NCBI RefSeq assembly: GCF_009914755.1
Contig: NC_060927.1
Strand: one strand, 5' to 3'
Source of the DNA: the human T2T-CHM13v2.0 reference genome, Homo sapiens
DNA: 64,000 bases
Part shown: piece after piece, positions 43,122-62,852 of the stretch
Numbering within the stretch: position 1 is the first letter of the stretch
Layout of the letters: every line of letters starts with the position of its first letter
Notes under the pieces: generated by a model
The model's database searches: none
The model's input: the letters and a program-made list of their open reading frames with translations, nothing else
Told to the model about the DNA's origin: nothing
Translations under genes and position numbers: made by a program

Positions 43122-43979
43122 AGGGAGATTGATTTATTAATACTAGGATATATTATTTATATGTATATTATTAAAGGATCATTAACACTAGGAGATTTAT
43201 TACAAGCAATTGGCTTATGTGGCTATGAGGACTGGCTGGCAAATCTGGAATCCACAGGGAAGGCCATCAGGAAGGGCAGGCTGGAAACTGCAGCAGGAAC
43301 TGAAGCTGCTGTCTACAGGTAGAATTTCCCCTTCCTCAGAGAAACTTTGGCTCTGTTCTCAAGGCTTTCCACTGATTCGATGAGGCCTATGCAGCTCATT
43401 CGGGATCATCTCCTGTACATAAAGTCAACAGATTGCAGACGTTAACCACATCTACAAAACACCTCCCAGCAGCACCTGGGCCCATGTGTGACTGAATCAC
43501 TGGGCACTCCATGTGAGAAGGGCTGCCACCACTGGTCCCCTCGTTACAAAGGTGGGTCTCCTTACTGTTCACCTGAATAAGATAGAGTCTTCTTCTGACG
43601 CTTGGTAAGGCCAATTTCATCAGCCATGGTTGGAGGCGAGACCTGGGGTTTTGGTCAGCTCTGCTTCCTCCCTGACACACTCACTAAACATTGTCCATTG
43701 TCCATCTATACATGACTTTAGGGATGTTTGGTGCCGCTGTTGGCCAGCACCCTGGTCTCCAAGTGGAATTTTGTTAGTCTGAACTTTTCCTCCAGATATA
43801 TCACATGGCTGTGTCCTACCCACACTTCTGGGGACAATTTAGAAAGGACATGGGCTATGTTCTTAGCAAGTCTCTGACACAGAAAGCCAAGCTTGCCTTC
43901 ACGGCATAGCGACATTTGTATTTGTGGCTCTGATGCAGCGAATTCCATGGCCATAGAAGAATCTGAGTCTGTCCACTGC
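42418..43979 (-). pseudogene. Very large exon remnant(s): spectrin motifs then a polar low-complexity segment; interrupted by MLT2
   Basis: MEFAASEPQIQMSLCREG; QRHQTSLKSCIDGQWTMFSECVRE; LPSVRRRLYLIQ; then a Q/D/S-rich frame with few stops to donor GAG|GTAGGC. Confidence 0.5.
43006..43510 (-). mobile_element. MLT2 (ERVL) LTR containing (GT)n(GA)n microsatellite at 43049-43112
   Basis: tatatcagtcaaggttccaccagagaagtagaac...atttattacaagcaattggcttatg...gttaaccacatctacaaaacacc. Confidence 0.8.
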
Positions 43980-43999
43980 CTGCAGTTCCCTCCTGTCTT

Positions 44000-44460
44000 C
44001 CGTTCATTCATTCATTTGTTCATTCACTCATACAGTGAACACTGTCACACGGCCACCACAAGACAGGTCCTGCTCCAGGCCCGGGAGACCCAGCAGTGAA
44101 CAGGGCACAGAAATGCCTGCTCTCAGGCTTCCATTCTCCCAGGGAGAGGGAGTTCACGAATGAATGAGATCTGTCTGGTGGTGAGAAATGTTGTGGAAAA
44201 TCATAAAGCAGGGTTAGAAGGACAGAGGATACCTGGGGAATGGTCCCCCCATTAAGCAGGGTGGTTAGAGTACATCTCTAGAGAAGGGAACATTTCAACA
44301 AGAAGGGGAAGAAGACAAGAACCAAGTCATGCTGTTATGAGATAGGTGGGGGACATTCCAGCCAGAGTCCAAGGCCAGAAAATGCTTGGCATGGTCCAGG
44401 GACAGCGGGGCTGGGCCAGTTTAGAGTGCATGAAAGGGAAAGAGAGGGACAGCTGGGGAA
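44000..44460. mobile_element. L2 fragment
   Basis: ttcattcattcatttgttcattc...cagcagtgaacagggcacagaaat. Confidence 0.65.
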
Positions 44461-45219
44461 GAGGAGGTCATAGAGGCAGCAGCAGACAGGGCTTGACAGT
44501 CACTGTGAGCCTGGCTCTGCTCTGAAGGAGACAGGAGCTATCAGAGCGTGCAGACACTGGGACGTGTCCCCTTCCGACAGAGCTGCTTAGTATCTGGTTG
44601 GGATTGCTGGCTGCTGAGGACCACAGCCAAGCTGTCCCCAGGCATCGCCCTCTGCTGAATGGAGCTGCCTCTATCAAGGCTCCCCCTTCCCTGGAAAGTG
44701 CAGGGCTGAAAGGCCCAGCCCCTTCCCCTCAATATGGGACATGTTCTAAGCCCACTCCAGCCCCAGAGCTCGGTGAGTTTGGCAGAGGCCCTCAGTGAGA
44801 CTGCACTGCAGCCAGCTCCTCCTCTGTCCAATTCTCCGGCCTCCTGGGGAGGCTCCTGCCCACCATCAGGGAGGCTCCCCCACTCCCTGTGCTGCTTTCC
44901 ATGCCAGGGGCACAGCACCCTGTGCTCTTAGAAGAATGCATTGATGTGGTCTTTAGTGTTTCCTGCACACCACTTCACCTGTGCTCTGTTCAGCACACAT
45001 CTCTGAGTGACAGTGTGTGGCTACCCTTTTTCTTAGCTTAAGGACCAGTGCTGATCTCCCTGCTGTAGTATATTTCTGGGTGTTCATGCTGGATTCCCCC
45101 ACTCCCAGAAGCAGATCCTTACTGGGACTGCCCCAGAATCGGGGTATCTCCCCAGTGGAGATTCCATTTACAGGTGGGATTGAAAACAGGAAATGACTGT
45201 CTGCACAATAAGGACTTAC

Positions 45220-45416
45220 CATGTCCCCCACCTTCACTATGACCATAACTTGCACAGTACCCACTTCTTGGTGGAGAAAGTGCAGCTGTCAATCAAAAAG
45301 ACAAGCAGGTTCTGATTAGAGACATGCCTGCAGCCCTCCACAGCCATTCCTGTGAACTGTCCTAGCAGGCCTCCAATATGCTGCTTCCACAGAGAAGTCT
45401 GTCTTGGAGGGAGTGC
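45220..45416 (-). pseudogene. Spectrin-like exon remnant with strong splice sites
   Basis: gttttatattgtag|(R)HSLQDRL/LWKQH..LLGQ/QEWLWRA...QLHFLHQEVGTVQ..|GTAAGT. Confidence 0.68.
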
Positions 45417-46309
45417 CTACAATATAAAACAACAGATCACATTAATAAGAAAACATAACCAACCAAATAGGAAAATGGCCAAAGGATATGAGTTTACTGA
45501 AAAGGATATAGATAGGCATCTGCCATAAAAAAAGATACACAACCTTACTAGTAATCAAGGAAATGCAAATTAAATCAACGATGAGATATTGTTTTATTCA
45601 CCTACATAACTGGCAAAAATTAGTTTGATAATCTCATGAGCTGTCAAGGTGGAAGGAAATTGGCTGTTCTCATGCCCTGTGAAAATGCATGTGTCTCAGG
45701 GCCCAGTAACTTCACTTCTGGTTTTGATTCCCCAGAGAACCCGTGGTGCCTAAGGAGGCACATCCAGGGATGTTGCAAGTGGACCCTGGAAATAAGGGCA
45801 TTTCCGTCAACTGGGGAAGGGCTAACTAAGATGTTTTGTAATCACACAGTAGAATATTGCACAACAACAACAACAAAAAAAAAACACTTTATCTACCCAT
45901 ATCAACATGGAAGAATGTTTTTGAGGTCTGGAAGGACACCATCAACTTCATAAAAGTAATTGCTTTGGGGAGTGCACCAGGGTAAGAGGTTGTTCAAAGG
46001 GAATTTGGGGCTTATCTGGAATCTTTCAATTGTCTTAAAAGACAGCATCTTGATGTATTTCTTGTGTGATTAGAAGATAATGTTTGGAGTCTGTCTTGGG
46101 CATACATTTTCTTCCCCCACTGTCTTGTCTCCTGTCCTCAAGCAGGGAGCTCCTCTGCATTCAGCACCAGCTAATGGACAGCCTCCTCATACCCTCCATC
46201 TCCTATTTTTATGAGACACTCAGGGCTCTTCAGTTCACACCCATTTTTGCCCGGCCAACACCCCACAGACCAACATGGAGAATATCTAAAAATACTTCAG
46301 ACCATGCCA

Positions 46310-46800
46310 CTAGCTATTGCTGAGGAAAAAACTGCCCCAAAACTTCATGCCTTAAAGCAATCACTGATTGTTTTTGTCTCACACATTTGTGAGTTGGTTG
46401 GGAAATGCTTGTGGTTTGGGCTAGGTCTGTCTGAACTTGGCTGGCTCACTCTATGTCTGCAGTCAGTGGGTGGGTGGCCAGCTGGCTGGCTGGTCTGAAG
46501 TGGCCTAACTCCCATCAGCTGGAGCAGCAGGAATAGCAGGCCCTGGATAGCTCACTCTCTGGTGGGCAGGCCCAGGGTTGTCTGAGCAAAAGGCACAGGC
46601 ATCTAAGAGCAAGCGGAGTAAGTACAGCCTCTTGAAACCTAGCTCAGAGATGGCACACTATGGTTCCCATCACATTCTGTTGGCCAAGTCTTGACTCACA
46701 GGGCAGGAAAATAGACTCACCTCTTAATGGGAGGTGTGCAAAGTCACAGGCAAAAGGCAAGGCTTTAGGCAGGAGTGAAGAGTCATAGCCATTTGTTTCA
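46310..46800 (-). mobile_element. Old MLT1 LTR
   Basis: tagctattgct...ccccaaaactt...cacattctgttggccaag...aaaatagactcacctctt. Confidence 0.7.
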
Positions 46801-47109
46801 ACCAAAACCAAGAGGGCCATGCTCCCTGACCATGTTGTTGGTCCGCATCCTTCACTTCCCCGAGTGAGCACAAACTCAATGCATTAATTAGTCTAGAACA
46901 CACCCTGTGACAGCTGCTGTGGCTTCCACCCCTGCAGTGTCCTTGTGCCATTGCCATTCTGACAGGCTGGCAGGCCTAAAGGTGCTACAAACCACTAAAA
47001 AAGACCCACCAGGACACTCTCTAGGGGAGCAAGAAAAAATGCAAGAATTTTGCAGACCTCACACCATTCCTTGCAGCAGATGTCAGGAGCCTCCATCCTG
47101 CTCACCTAC

Positions 47110-47358
47110 CTCCCCATAAGCAAACCCTCTCAGGTGGAAGCCAGAGAGCTCTCCAGAGGGATGGAGGGACTCTTTAATGCCATGGCATATGACTCTGCAC
47201 CCCCTCTACCATCCATGTGCACCAAGTCTCCTACTCTTGTTGTACCTGGCTGCCCTCCATCCAGGAGCCAAGTAGGGAAGCTGTATGTGCTGTCCTAGAA
47301 GGCCTGTCACATCACCTTTGCCAGCTGCTGCTCCAGAAGCACCTGGACTGAATGGCAG
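47110..47358 (-). pseudogene. Spectrin-like exon remnant
   Basis: ttcccctag|CHSVQVLLEQQLAKVM*QAF*DSTYSFPTWLLD in one frame; the stops fall where W (TGG>TGA) and Q (CAG>TAG) are expected. Confidence 0.7.
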
Positions 47359-50249
47359 CTAGGGGAACTCCCAACCAGCCCTGAAGTTAGTTCATCCCTA
47401 GTTCTCAGGGCCAGTCAGCAGAGAAGCACACACTGCAGATCCAGGGAGGGTAGCCTTCAAAGGAGTCTATGTCCAGTTCCAGTCCTATTGCCCTGGGCAG
47501 CCCCTCCTGCTATACATCTCAACTGACTGTTCTCTGCTATCCACAGATCAATCACTTCCCCCTTGGCCCACCCAGCACTGCCATGGAATTGGCTGGGGTG
47601 GCTGAAAGTCTAGCCCAGTGAGAAACACCAAATGCTACACCCCAGCCTTTCTAGGACAAGTTCCTTCAGTCACTCCATGGTTAAGATCTGACCTTTTAAG
47701 TCAGATCTGAAAGAAACTGGAAGGGTCCCTCTGGACTGGTCAGGGAGGATGCCTGGATCTAGAAGCCTAGCCTGCCCTTATCTCTGCTACCCATTCCTCA
47801 CATGTCCTGAGTTGACTCTTTCACATGGGAGGCACTTGGGCCTTGCATGGACCTTCCTCCCATGGCCTAGGAAGCAGTCCTGGGTGTAAGAGGCTGGAGC
47901 CCTGTGCCAAGAACCAGGACTTGGGTTCAAATCCCAGCTCTATCATTTATTAGCTGTGTGACCTTAGCAACTGTCTTTACCTCTCTGAGCCTGAAAAAAT
48001 TGGTGTGAGTAGAAAGTGCCCAATAAATGTTTGTGAGCTCTAGATATAACAATTTGCCATGAATTTTCTTTAAACCAAGATTCCATGACTTTCAAAAGTT
48101 TGGGAATCCCTGGTGTAATGCCACAGTTTCTTTTTATAGGTTTTTGGCCTCCTTGCTGTTCAAAACATGATTCGCAGAAAGGAAATGTGAAAAGAGAAAT
48201 AGCCCAGAGGAAAAAAAAAATCTGCAGCATTAGGGCAAACTGCGGGGTGACAGCTTTGAAATGAAGCCACAGGGCTGTTAATTGCATTCACTTTGCCCCG
48301 GGGCCTGTGCTCCCCTCTCTTCTCTGGTTTGGGATCAATGTGAGGGATGGCGAATGGGATTAAAGAAGGCAGACTTTGATTAGGCCATCAGACAGGTAAA
48401 AAGGTATTGAGCTGACTCCCAGTTACTTGTCACTAGATACAATTAACTGGTGCAATTCTGTATGTGTGTGTGCATGTGTGTGTGTGTATGTGTGTGTTCT
48501 TTGCCTCTATCTCTGTCTCTCTCCTCTCTCCCTCTTTCCTTTGCCCCCAACTTTATCCCATTTGATAAAGCATGTGCACTCACACAAAAGACTTACTAGG
48601 GACTTCCTCTCAGGATCCAATGTTCAATGCGTAACCAAATTTCCATAGTGGTGAACTCTGGGGGCTCTGTTCATTTCACACATGTTTACTAAAAATCTAC
48701 TCTATGCTGAGCAAATCTTACAGATGATAGAGATAGAGCAGGGAACAAAACAGATGGTGCTGCTGTCCTTATGGTGCTTCTGTACCCTAAGACCCAAACA
48801 GGCAATTGACAAAGGGTAAACATCTCACATGAAGTAGTCATGAACACTCTGAAGAAAGTAATTAGGGCAAGAAGATGGAGAGTGAATGGGAAACTATTCC
48901 AGATAAGGTGGTCATGGAAGCCCACAGTGTACTCAGTCAGTGAGCATTTCCCAAGCACCTACAGCATGTCCAGCTCTGGATGGGAGCTCTGGGGAACTCC
49001 AGAGAAGAGACACGAGCCCTACTCTACAGCTTTGTTGGGGAAGCAAAGCTTGTGTACCCAAGAGTGAGAGAAGTCTGAGACAGGACACCTGGTCAGATTG
49101 TGTGGATTAAATGTAAGACTAGATACAGGAGAGGAAAGCATTTGTAGGCTGGAAAATTGGAGGAAAGAGGGTAACACTGATGGAACAGAACAGCTGGAAA
49201 AAGGGAGCCCTTTTTCTCCTGCACAGAGGGTAAAGGAGAACTCAGATTTAAATGTGTTGAGCCAGAAGTGAAGGAGGTTAGCAATTGCTGACATAGCCCT
49301 AGCTATGGATGAACAGCTGCTATTCTGGCACAGACTGGGGGATTTACAAGCATCTTATTATGTTAGGTTTGCTCAAGCCTGTGAGAAAATTGGGACTAAA
49401 TTAAGCAATAATTATTGGCAAACAATCTAAATTAATGAATGATGCATGTAAGTGTGCCTGAGGGTTGCATTTCTTTAAATCTTGTTCTAAATGGTGACTT
49501 TGATGCAGGGCAAGCCTTGCATCAGGCACTTCACATACATGATCTCTTTTAATCCCTGTAGCAACAGCTGAAGGAGTACTATTATTAACCTTATTTTGTA
49601 GATAAAGAATTTGAGGCTTGGAGAGACAACATAACTTGCCCATGTTTCTTTTCTTAATTAAATAAGAACCCATTGAATACTTACAAACACAGTTAGTAAA
49701 ACACAGGACCAGGATTCAGACCTAGGTCTGTCTGATTGTAAAAACCTTGTTTTGATCCATTGCACTAAACCTGTTTTCACAAATAAGCTTCATTTTAAAA
49801 AATACAGTTAACACTTATGCTGAGCTAAACTCACAGAATTCTACTTTGTTTTGTAATAAGCAAGAATTACAGAAGAATGTCTTATAACTCAGTGTCAATG
49901 TGGCAGGGTCGTCTATTGCCCCCATTAGCAGGCCTGGTGCTGGAAAAGAAACTGCAGCTTCTGGACTGTTTACTTTTAAGATGCAAAGCTGCAGAGTGAT
50001 GGCAGATATACCTCTGCTTTGCTTGAGATAGGTACCATTCCTCATGGGGTTTGTGACAAAGTGGCTTGCTCAGGAAAGAGGGCTACAGAGGCTGGCCAAG
50101 CTGAAATTTGGGTAAAGACAATGAAATGAAGCCGGATCACAGAATCTCCTACCCTAATACCTAATGAAACAAATTAAATAGTAAAAACAAAAGGGAAAAA
50201 TCTATTTAAAAGGTAAAAATTGATGAGCAGAAACCTACAAAGAAATAGA

Positions 50250-56735
<6,486 letters not shown>

Positions 56736-56744
56736 TCTCATGAA

Positions 56745-57084
56745 AAGAAACATTCAGGTCTCAGGCCATCCTGAGCTTGTCCCCTGCCATTCAAGTCTAT
56801 GCTGTCCTGAGCCTCCTTGGCAGCCTCTGATCTAGATGTGGTCGGATGGAGGGACCTCGGGAGGTGTCTGGAGCAGGCCCTGCATAGCTGCACTGGATGA
56901 AGGTGAGTACAGTGTGGCGGGGCTGAGGGGCTTCCAAGCTTTGCTGCATGCAGGAGAAGCTGGAGCCCAGCAGTTGCTGGGTGGCACGCCCAGCTGAGGA
57001 GTGGCCCCCATCTCACATTTCATGGAGTTCCAGGAGAGGGAATAGGCCAAAGAAGCTTCCCACAGCCGCTTTCATGCCCTCAGC
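56745..57084 (-). pseudogene. Spectrin-like exon remnant abutting the L1 3' end
   Basis: tcctactttctgcag|(R)LRA*KRLWEASLAYSLSWNSMKCEM/PLLSWA. Confidence 0.6.
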
Positions 57085-57905
57085 CTGCAGAAAGTAGGAT
57101 AGAAGAAAACACCAAGCTTCTCAGAGGAGAATTGAAAAGAGGTGGGAAAGACAAGGAGAGTTGCAGACAGACAGGCTGGGTATTGGCTCGTTGCCCTCCG
57201 TCTGCATGTCAGTTGGGCTATATTTTTGACTGCAAGCAGCAGAAAACCCAATTTAATGTGGCTTAGCTAACAGACTTTATCATCCTGCTCAGTGAAAAGC
57301 CACAGGTCCCAGAGCCTTCCCCCTTTCTTTGTCTTTCTCAGCACGTTTCCTTCAGGCTGACGTTCCTCATGATCCCAAGATGGTTGCCAAAATTCCAGGC
57401 ATTACAGAGGCAACCTCAGGTCTCCATGGCTGGAATCAGGTCACCTGCTTCTTCCTAAGCCCAATGACTAGAGAAATGAAATTACTATCATTGGCTTAGG
57501 CTAGTTAAGACCTACCCCTCCCCAGGGTTCCATGGAGGACAGTGGACACCCAGACAGGACTGGGGCTGTAGTGATACAGAAAATAATAGCAGTAACAGGC
57601 AGTGGTGGATATGGGTGAGTAACCAACAAGGTTCGCTCTACCCTGGTTAGATCAGCTGTCGCAGTACCTTTATCTAAGCACCCAAAAGAGTCCTGCTGAA
57701 CCTGGGCATGAGGAAAGGCAGGCACAGCGGGGGGTAGTCGGGACAGATACTCTGTTTAGGAGTGTGACAGGCAGTTCTCCATAATTATCAAGATTCAGAC
57801 TGAGGGGTGTGCTGGGAAAGAGCTGGCCAGTGCGCTGGGACCACAGCAAGCACCCTGGGGCTCAGAGAAGATGGACAAGTTCCCCCGAGTTGGGCCTGGG
57901 CTTAC

Positions 57906-58021
57906 CCAACCCCAGCCCCTGGCAGGTGGATATCCTGTCAGTCAACTTTCTTATGGGTGCAGCTCAGCAATTCCAGAAACCACAGTCGTGTCTTGACCCT
58001 CCAGTAGAGGTGTGTCCACAC
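57906..58021 (-). pseudogene. Spectrin-like exon remnant
   Basis: ccatatccctag|VWTHLYWRVKTRLWFLELL..|GTAAGC (helix C: W..L......R...LE). Confidence 0.68.
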
Positions 58022-58599
58022 CTAGGGATATGGTGGTAAAGGAAGGGGGCTGAGTTGAGAAGCCTTGACAAGAGGCCTCGGCGGGCCGTTGGTACCTCAG
58101 GTGTGGTCCCAGATGCCCACTTCCCTCCTGCCTGTGTGAGGTGTCAGCATGCTGGCCCACCATCACCCACACCCTCTTGATCCCACACAGCTGCCAAACA
58201 CCTCAGCTACCCACTTCCCTCCCTTCCCTTATTTCAGACTTTCTCAAATTATGCTTTCTCAAATATTCATTATGTCTTAATTTATACTTAAATTTTCTTT
58301 GGTTTTTTGCATTTCTTTAATTTACATTTAGTGTATACCTAACAGGACACTTTATACCTCTTCACAAATGGAAGAGAGTCTCATTTTCCATAATGCGACT
58401 ACAAGAAAGCACAATGAAGTCACAATAAAGTTGTTAAGCCCTAATTTGATACCGCAGCCTGGCAGGACTCTAAGCCCCAGGCCTACTTTCTCTTTGTTAG
58501 AGCAGAGAGATTAGCAAGTATTATAAAGGTGTTAAACATGCTAGCACCAAATCCAGACGTTCCCCTGGAAGTCATTAGGAGACGGGAAGGATAATTTGT

Positions 58600-59330
58600 A
58601 AGGAAGCAACTTCCGCCGCGGAGTCTGATGGTGGTGGGCTGGGCTCGGGCCCTTCAGTGCACCTGCTGAGCCTCCTCCCGTGGCGGGTGTCAAGGAGGGC
58701 ATGTGTCCGCCAGGCGGGCGGCAGCTGCGGGGAGGCGCGTGGGGAAGGGGAGGTGACCGCCGGAGAGGAGCAGCCTGCAGCCCGCTGGAGGGGCCCCGGA
58801 GCCGCACCTGGGACGCCTGTCCCCGACCTCTCAGTGCCCGCGGATACGACGCTCTTGGGTGGAGTTGCGAGGCTGCGGCACAGCTGGCGCGCATGGCTCT
58901 CACCTGAGACTCCGGCGGGGCACGGGAGGCACGGACACGCACGTTCCCGAGGAGGCACAGAGGCGGAGCTCCGATTTGGGAGCGACTCCCCGGTCTGGGG
59001 CAGGCAGAGGTGTCCAGCTCGGTCCTGGGCGGCAGACGCTCCATGGGCCCGAGTCGCGCCCCGCCCTGAGGTCGAGGGCGGGAGGTGGGACCGCAGGTGA
59101 GGGGCCAGGGAAGGCAGGGGACGCCATGAGCGGGCGCGGAGCAGCCAGTGCCTTCCCTCGGCCTCAGGACTGTGCCCCACAGCAGCCACAGAGCAGGCAG
59201 GCAAGGAGAGGGCAGGGCCTCAGGCTTGGAGCACCCGCTCCCCGGGCAGGGCGCATGAGAGGCCCAGGCACAAAGGAGGCTACGCGTTCTCCATCCTCTG
59301 TCCACAGGCTGCCAGGCATGCGGGGGACCC
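58600..59330. promoter_or_regulatory. CpG-island-like GC-rich region
   Basis: Dense CpGs, GC boxes, ACTTCCG ETS-like motif near 58609. Confidence 0.7.
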
Positions 59331-59399
59331 TCTTCCCAGCTATCTTCTTCTGTGAACCAGTGTACATCTCCCTCTGATGTTATTTTTCACAAATAGTAG

Positions 59400-60225
59400 A
59401 CAAACACAAGCTACACACACATACACACATATGCAGATACACACACTACACACATGTATGCACGCATATGCGCACACACACATAGGCACACATACACATA
59501 CTACCCACACATGCCCACACACTACATGCACATAGGCGTGCACACACACGTATGCACACATACGCACATTACACAAACACTTATGCACACATACACATGC
59601 AACACACATATATACACACATACACTACACATGTATATACACATGCACACACTACACACATAGGCACACATGCACATGCTACAAACATACTTACACTACA
59701 CATGTATACAGCATATATATACTACACACATATGCATGCATGCACACACATGCTACACACACAGACACATACACATGCTACATACCCATCTATACACACA
59801 CATACACTACACTTATACACACTATACATAGACACACACCACACACTATACACACATGCACACATGCACACACTACATGCACATGCACACAGGCACACAT
59901 ACACATGCTACACACACATAGACATACACGTGCTACACACATCTATACACACAGATGCACTACACACATACACACTACACATACATAGACACACACTACA
60001 CACACTATACACACATACAGTCATATGCACACGTACACTACACATACATAGGCAGACATACACTACACACTACACACACAGGCAAACATACACACACTAC
60101 ACCCATATGCACACATATATACACACTACACACATGCACACACATGCTACACATATACATATATATGCACACATACACATATGCACACATACACAAATAC
60201 ACACATAGGCACACATACACACACA
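59400..60225. repeat. Degenerate (CA/TA)n purine-pyrimidine tract, ~820 bp
   Basis: Direct reading. Confidence 0.95.
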
Positions 60226-60633
60226 TCCTCAGTCTCAATGTAAAGTTCTTATTTCTATGGGTCACAAAGAGGTAGAAAAACATTGCTCTAAGCAATGCTC
60301 ACATGTTCACATGTGAAATGCTAAAAAGAGCATGGATTTTGGAGTCAAACAGACTTGAATTCTAGGCTGGCCCTGACACCTACCAGCTCTAGCATCTAAA
60401 AGGGCAGGGGATCTCTCCTCTCTCACCTCATCTGTGATATGGGGTAGAAATCCACCCTCCCTCAACTCCAGTTAATGTAAAGTGACAATGAAATGGCAGA
60501 TCAGCCAAAGTGATTTCTAAACAGTTAAGTCCTGTGCAAACGCATATTAAGATTGTTAATATTAGGCCCCAGCCAAGAACCCGTCTTAAGCCATGGTCCA
60601 GAAAATCAAATCTTGTTCTTCAATTGCATCTAC

Positions 60634-61032
60634 TTAGCCAGCTGTTCAGTTCCCATATGCTCCTTTCTCTTCCAAAGCCTTAGCCGCCAATTGGAATGCA
60701 AGATAAAAAACACCATCTGTGCCCCCAGTCCTTCAGTTCCCTGCCCAGGACGTCTCGAGGCCGGGAGATGATTTCCCAGTTTCTTCTGGCACTGCCGTTC
60801 CCCCCTGGCTGGCTGCACTGGAGCAGGGCTGAGAGCCCGGGCAGCCTCTCCACCTCGATGTGGACGGCTCTCCACTGCCCACCAGAGGCCCCCATGACTC
60901 CCAGACCCAGCCCCGGTGTGGCTGGCCACAGGGCTGCTGCATATTGACCCTTCGGCTCTGGGGCTCTTTTGCAGTGTCCACCACATCAGTCCAACCCCAG
61001 CCTGGATCGACATGTGCCTCTCACACCGGAGA
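60634..61032 (-). pseudogene. Spectrin-like exon remnant
   Basis: ctccctcaatgtag|LRCERHMSIQAGVGLMWWTLQK..QWRAVHIEVERL..DVLGRELKDWGHRWCFLS/SNWRLRL. Confidence 0.62.
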
Positions 61033-61119
61033 CTACATTGAGGGAGCAACCCACAGGAGGGAGAGCAGCAATGGCCTCTGCTGGAGGTCTTCCCAGGAGC
61101 CTCTAGTCACAGGGTGCAA

Positions 61120-61600
61120 GATGTGATAGATTGACGCAAACATGGTCCCAATTCTGCATCCCTCCCTGTGTCTGTGCCCTTGCAATATGGCTGCATACTT
61201 CTTCCCATCGAGATGTGAGGTCCATTCTCCTGCCCCTTCAGTCTGGGCTGGCCTGTGACTTGCCTTATCAGTAGAACGGGGTGGAAGTGAAAGTGACACT
61301 GTGCAGTTCATCTGCAATGTAAACAAGCTCGGGTGAACCTGCTGGGGAACCCAGAAGAAAGCTTGTAGGCCATCCTAGACCAGCCTCCACCCAGCAAACC
61401 CTCAAACGAGTGACAGACTCCAGCCTATATCAACAGAGCTGCCTTGCCGACCCTCACTGGCCCCGGATGCATGAGCGAGCCCACCTAAGATTATCAGAAT
61501 TGCCCAGCCAAACTGTAGACTTATAAGAAATAATGTTTATGTTTTCAAGCCACTAGGTTATAGGGTAATTGTTACACAGCAACAGCTAAGTGATACATAA
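61120..61600 (+). mobile_element. MLT1 LTR
   Basis: ctgggctggcctgtgacttgc...ttttcaagccactaggttatagggtaattgttacacagcaacagctaa. Confidence 0.75.
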
Positions 61601-61897
61601 GAGCATGCCCCCTTCCGTTAGGGGCACCAGGTGGGAAGGTATGGACTCTGTTAGGTTATTCTAATGATATCCTCCCACCCCAATCAGCCTTTGTTCAGAG
61701 CCTAAGAACCCTGGGGGTGAGGTGAGAATCTGGCCCCCTATCCTGAAGCCATGTGGCAGGAAATGAAGGGGAAAGTGTACATAGCATCACAGCAAGTAGG
61801 TTGACACTAATCACTAGACATCCCTGTCCCTGCTCAAAATTCCCCAGCCCCTCTCACCCAACCCAGCTTCTCCTATCCTAGGTCCCCTACCACTCAC

Positions 61898-62031
61898 TGT
61901 TCCCCAGTCTGCTAGAGAAGTCTCAGCAAGCTTCTTGCTGAATTATGTTGAGCGATTTCTCTCTCCCTCTCCAAGCCAACCAGGTCAAGCTCTGGGTGTG
62001 CTTTTGCACAGAGTCTTGCCTTGGTGTCCCG
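61898..62031 (-). pseudogene. Spectrin-like exon remnant
   Basis: QDSVQKHTQSLTWLAW..SLNIIQ/KKLAE..|GTGAGT. Confidence 0.5.
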
Positions 62032-62157
62032 CTAGCCGAGTGGTTCCCAAAGGATGGTGCAGTTACCACTGGGGATGCATGCAATGATTGTAGGTGGTAC
62101 AAGGTCAAACATTTTAAATGCTAATTGTTCCACTTCGATTGCAACATTATTCCAGCA

Positions 62158-62495
62158 TAGTCATCCCTTGGTACGTGTGGCGATTGGCCCCTGAGGAGAC
62201 CAAAATCCGTGGATGCTCAAGTCCCTGATATGAAATAGTGTTGTATTTATATACATACATACATCCTCTTCACATACCTACATACATCCTCTCTTATACT
62301 TTAAATCATCTCTGGATTACTTATAATGCCTAATATAAGGTAATGTGATTTAAATAGTCATCATGCTGTATTGTTTTATTTGTATTACTTTTTATTGTTA
62401 TATGTTATTTTTATTGGATTTTTTTTAAAAAAATCTTTGATCTGCAGTTGGTTGAATCCATGATGCAGAACCCTTGGACATGGTGTGCCAACTGC
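62158..62495. mobile_element. MER2-like (Tigger) DNA transposon
   Basis: accaaaatccgtggatgctcaagtccctgata...tactttaaatcatctctggattac. Confidence 0.8.
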
Positions 62496-62509
62496 ATGCT
62501 TATCCCTTA

Positions 62510-62852
62510 CCCTTCAAGCTGCCATAACAAAATACCATAGACTGGGGAGCTTATAAACAACAGAAATTTATCTCACACCTGGCAAGTTCAAGGTCAAGGT
62601 GCTGGCAGATTCAGTGTCTGCTGAGGGCCCACTATCTGATTCTTAGGTGGTGCCTTCTTACCGTGTCCCTGCACCATGGGAAGGGGGAAACCGGATGTCT
62701 CTGGAGCCTCTTGTTTATGGGCACTAATCCAACCACGAGGGCTCCACCCTCACGACCTTGTCATCTCCCAAAGGCACCACCTCCTAACATTATCACATGG
62801 GGGATTCCATTTCAGCAGGTATTTTGAGGGGACACCAACATTCAGTCTATAG
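62510..62852 (-). mobile_element. MLT1A/MST-type LTR
   Basis: gctgccataacaaaataccatagactgggg...ggcactaatcc...acattcagtctata. Confidence 0.82.

Noticed and set aside
58541-59377. Overlapping 147-254-aa ORFs
   Set aside because: Expected from stop-poor GC-rich DNA; no recognisable domain
59340-60295. His/Thr- and Cys/Val-rich ORFs
   Set aside because: Translation of the CA-rich tract
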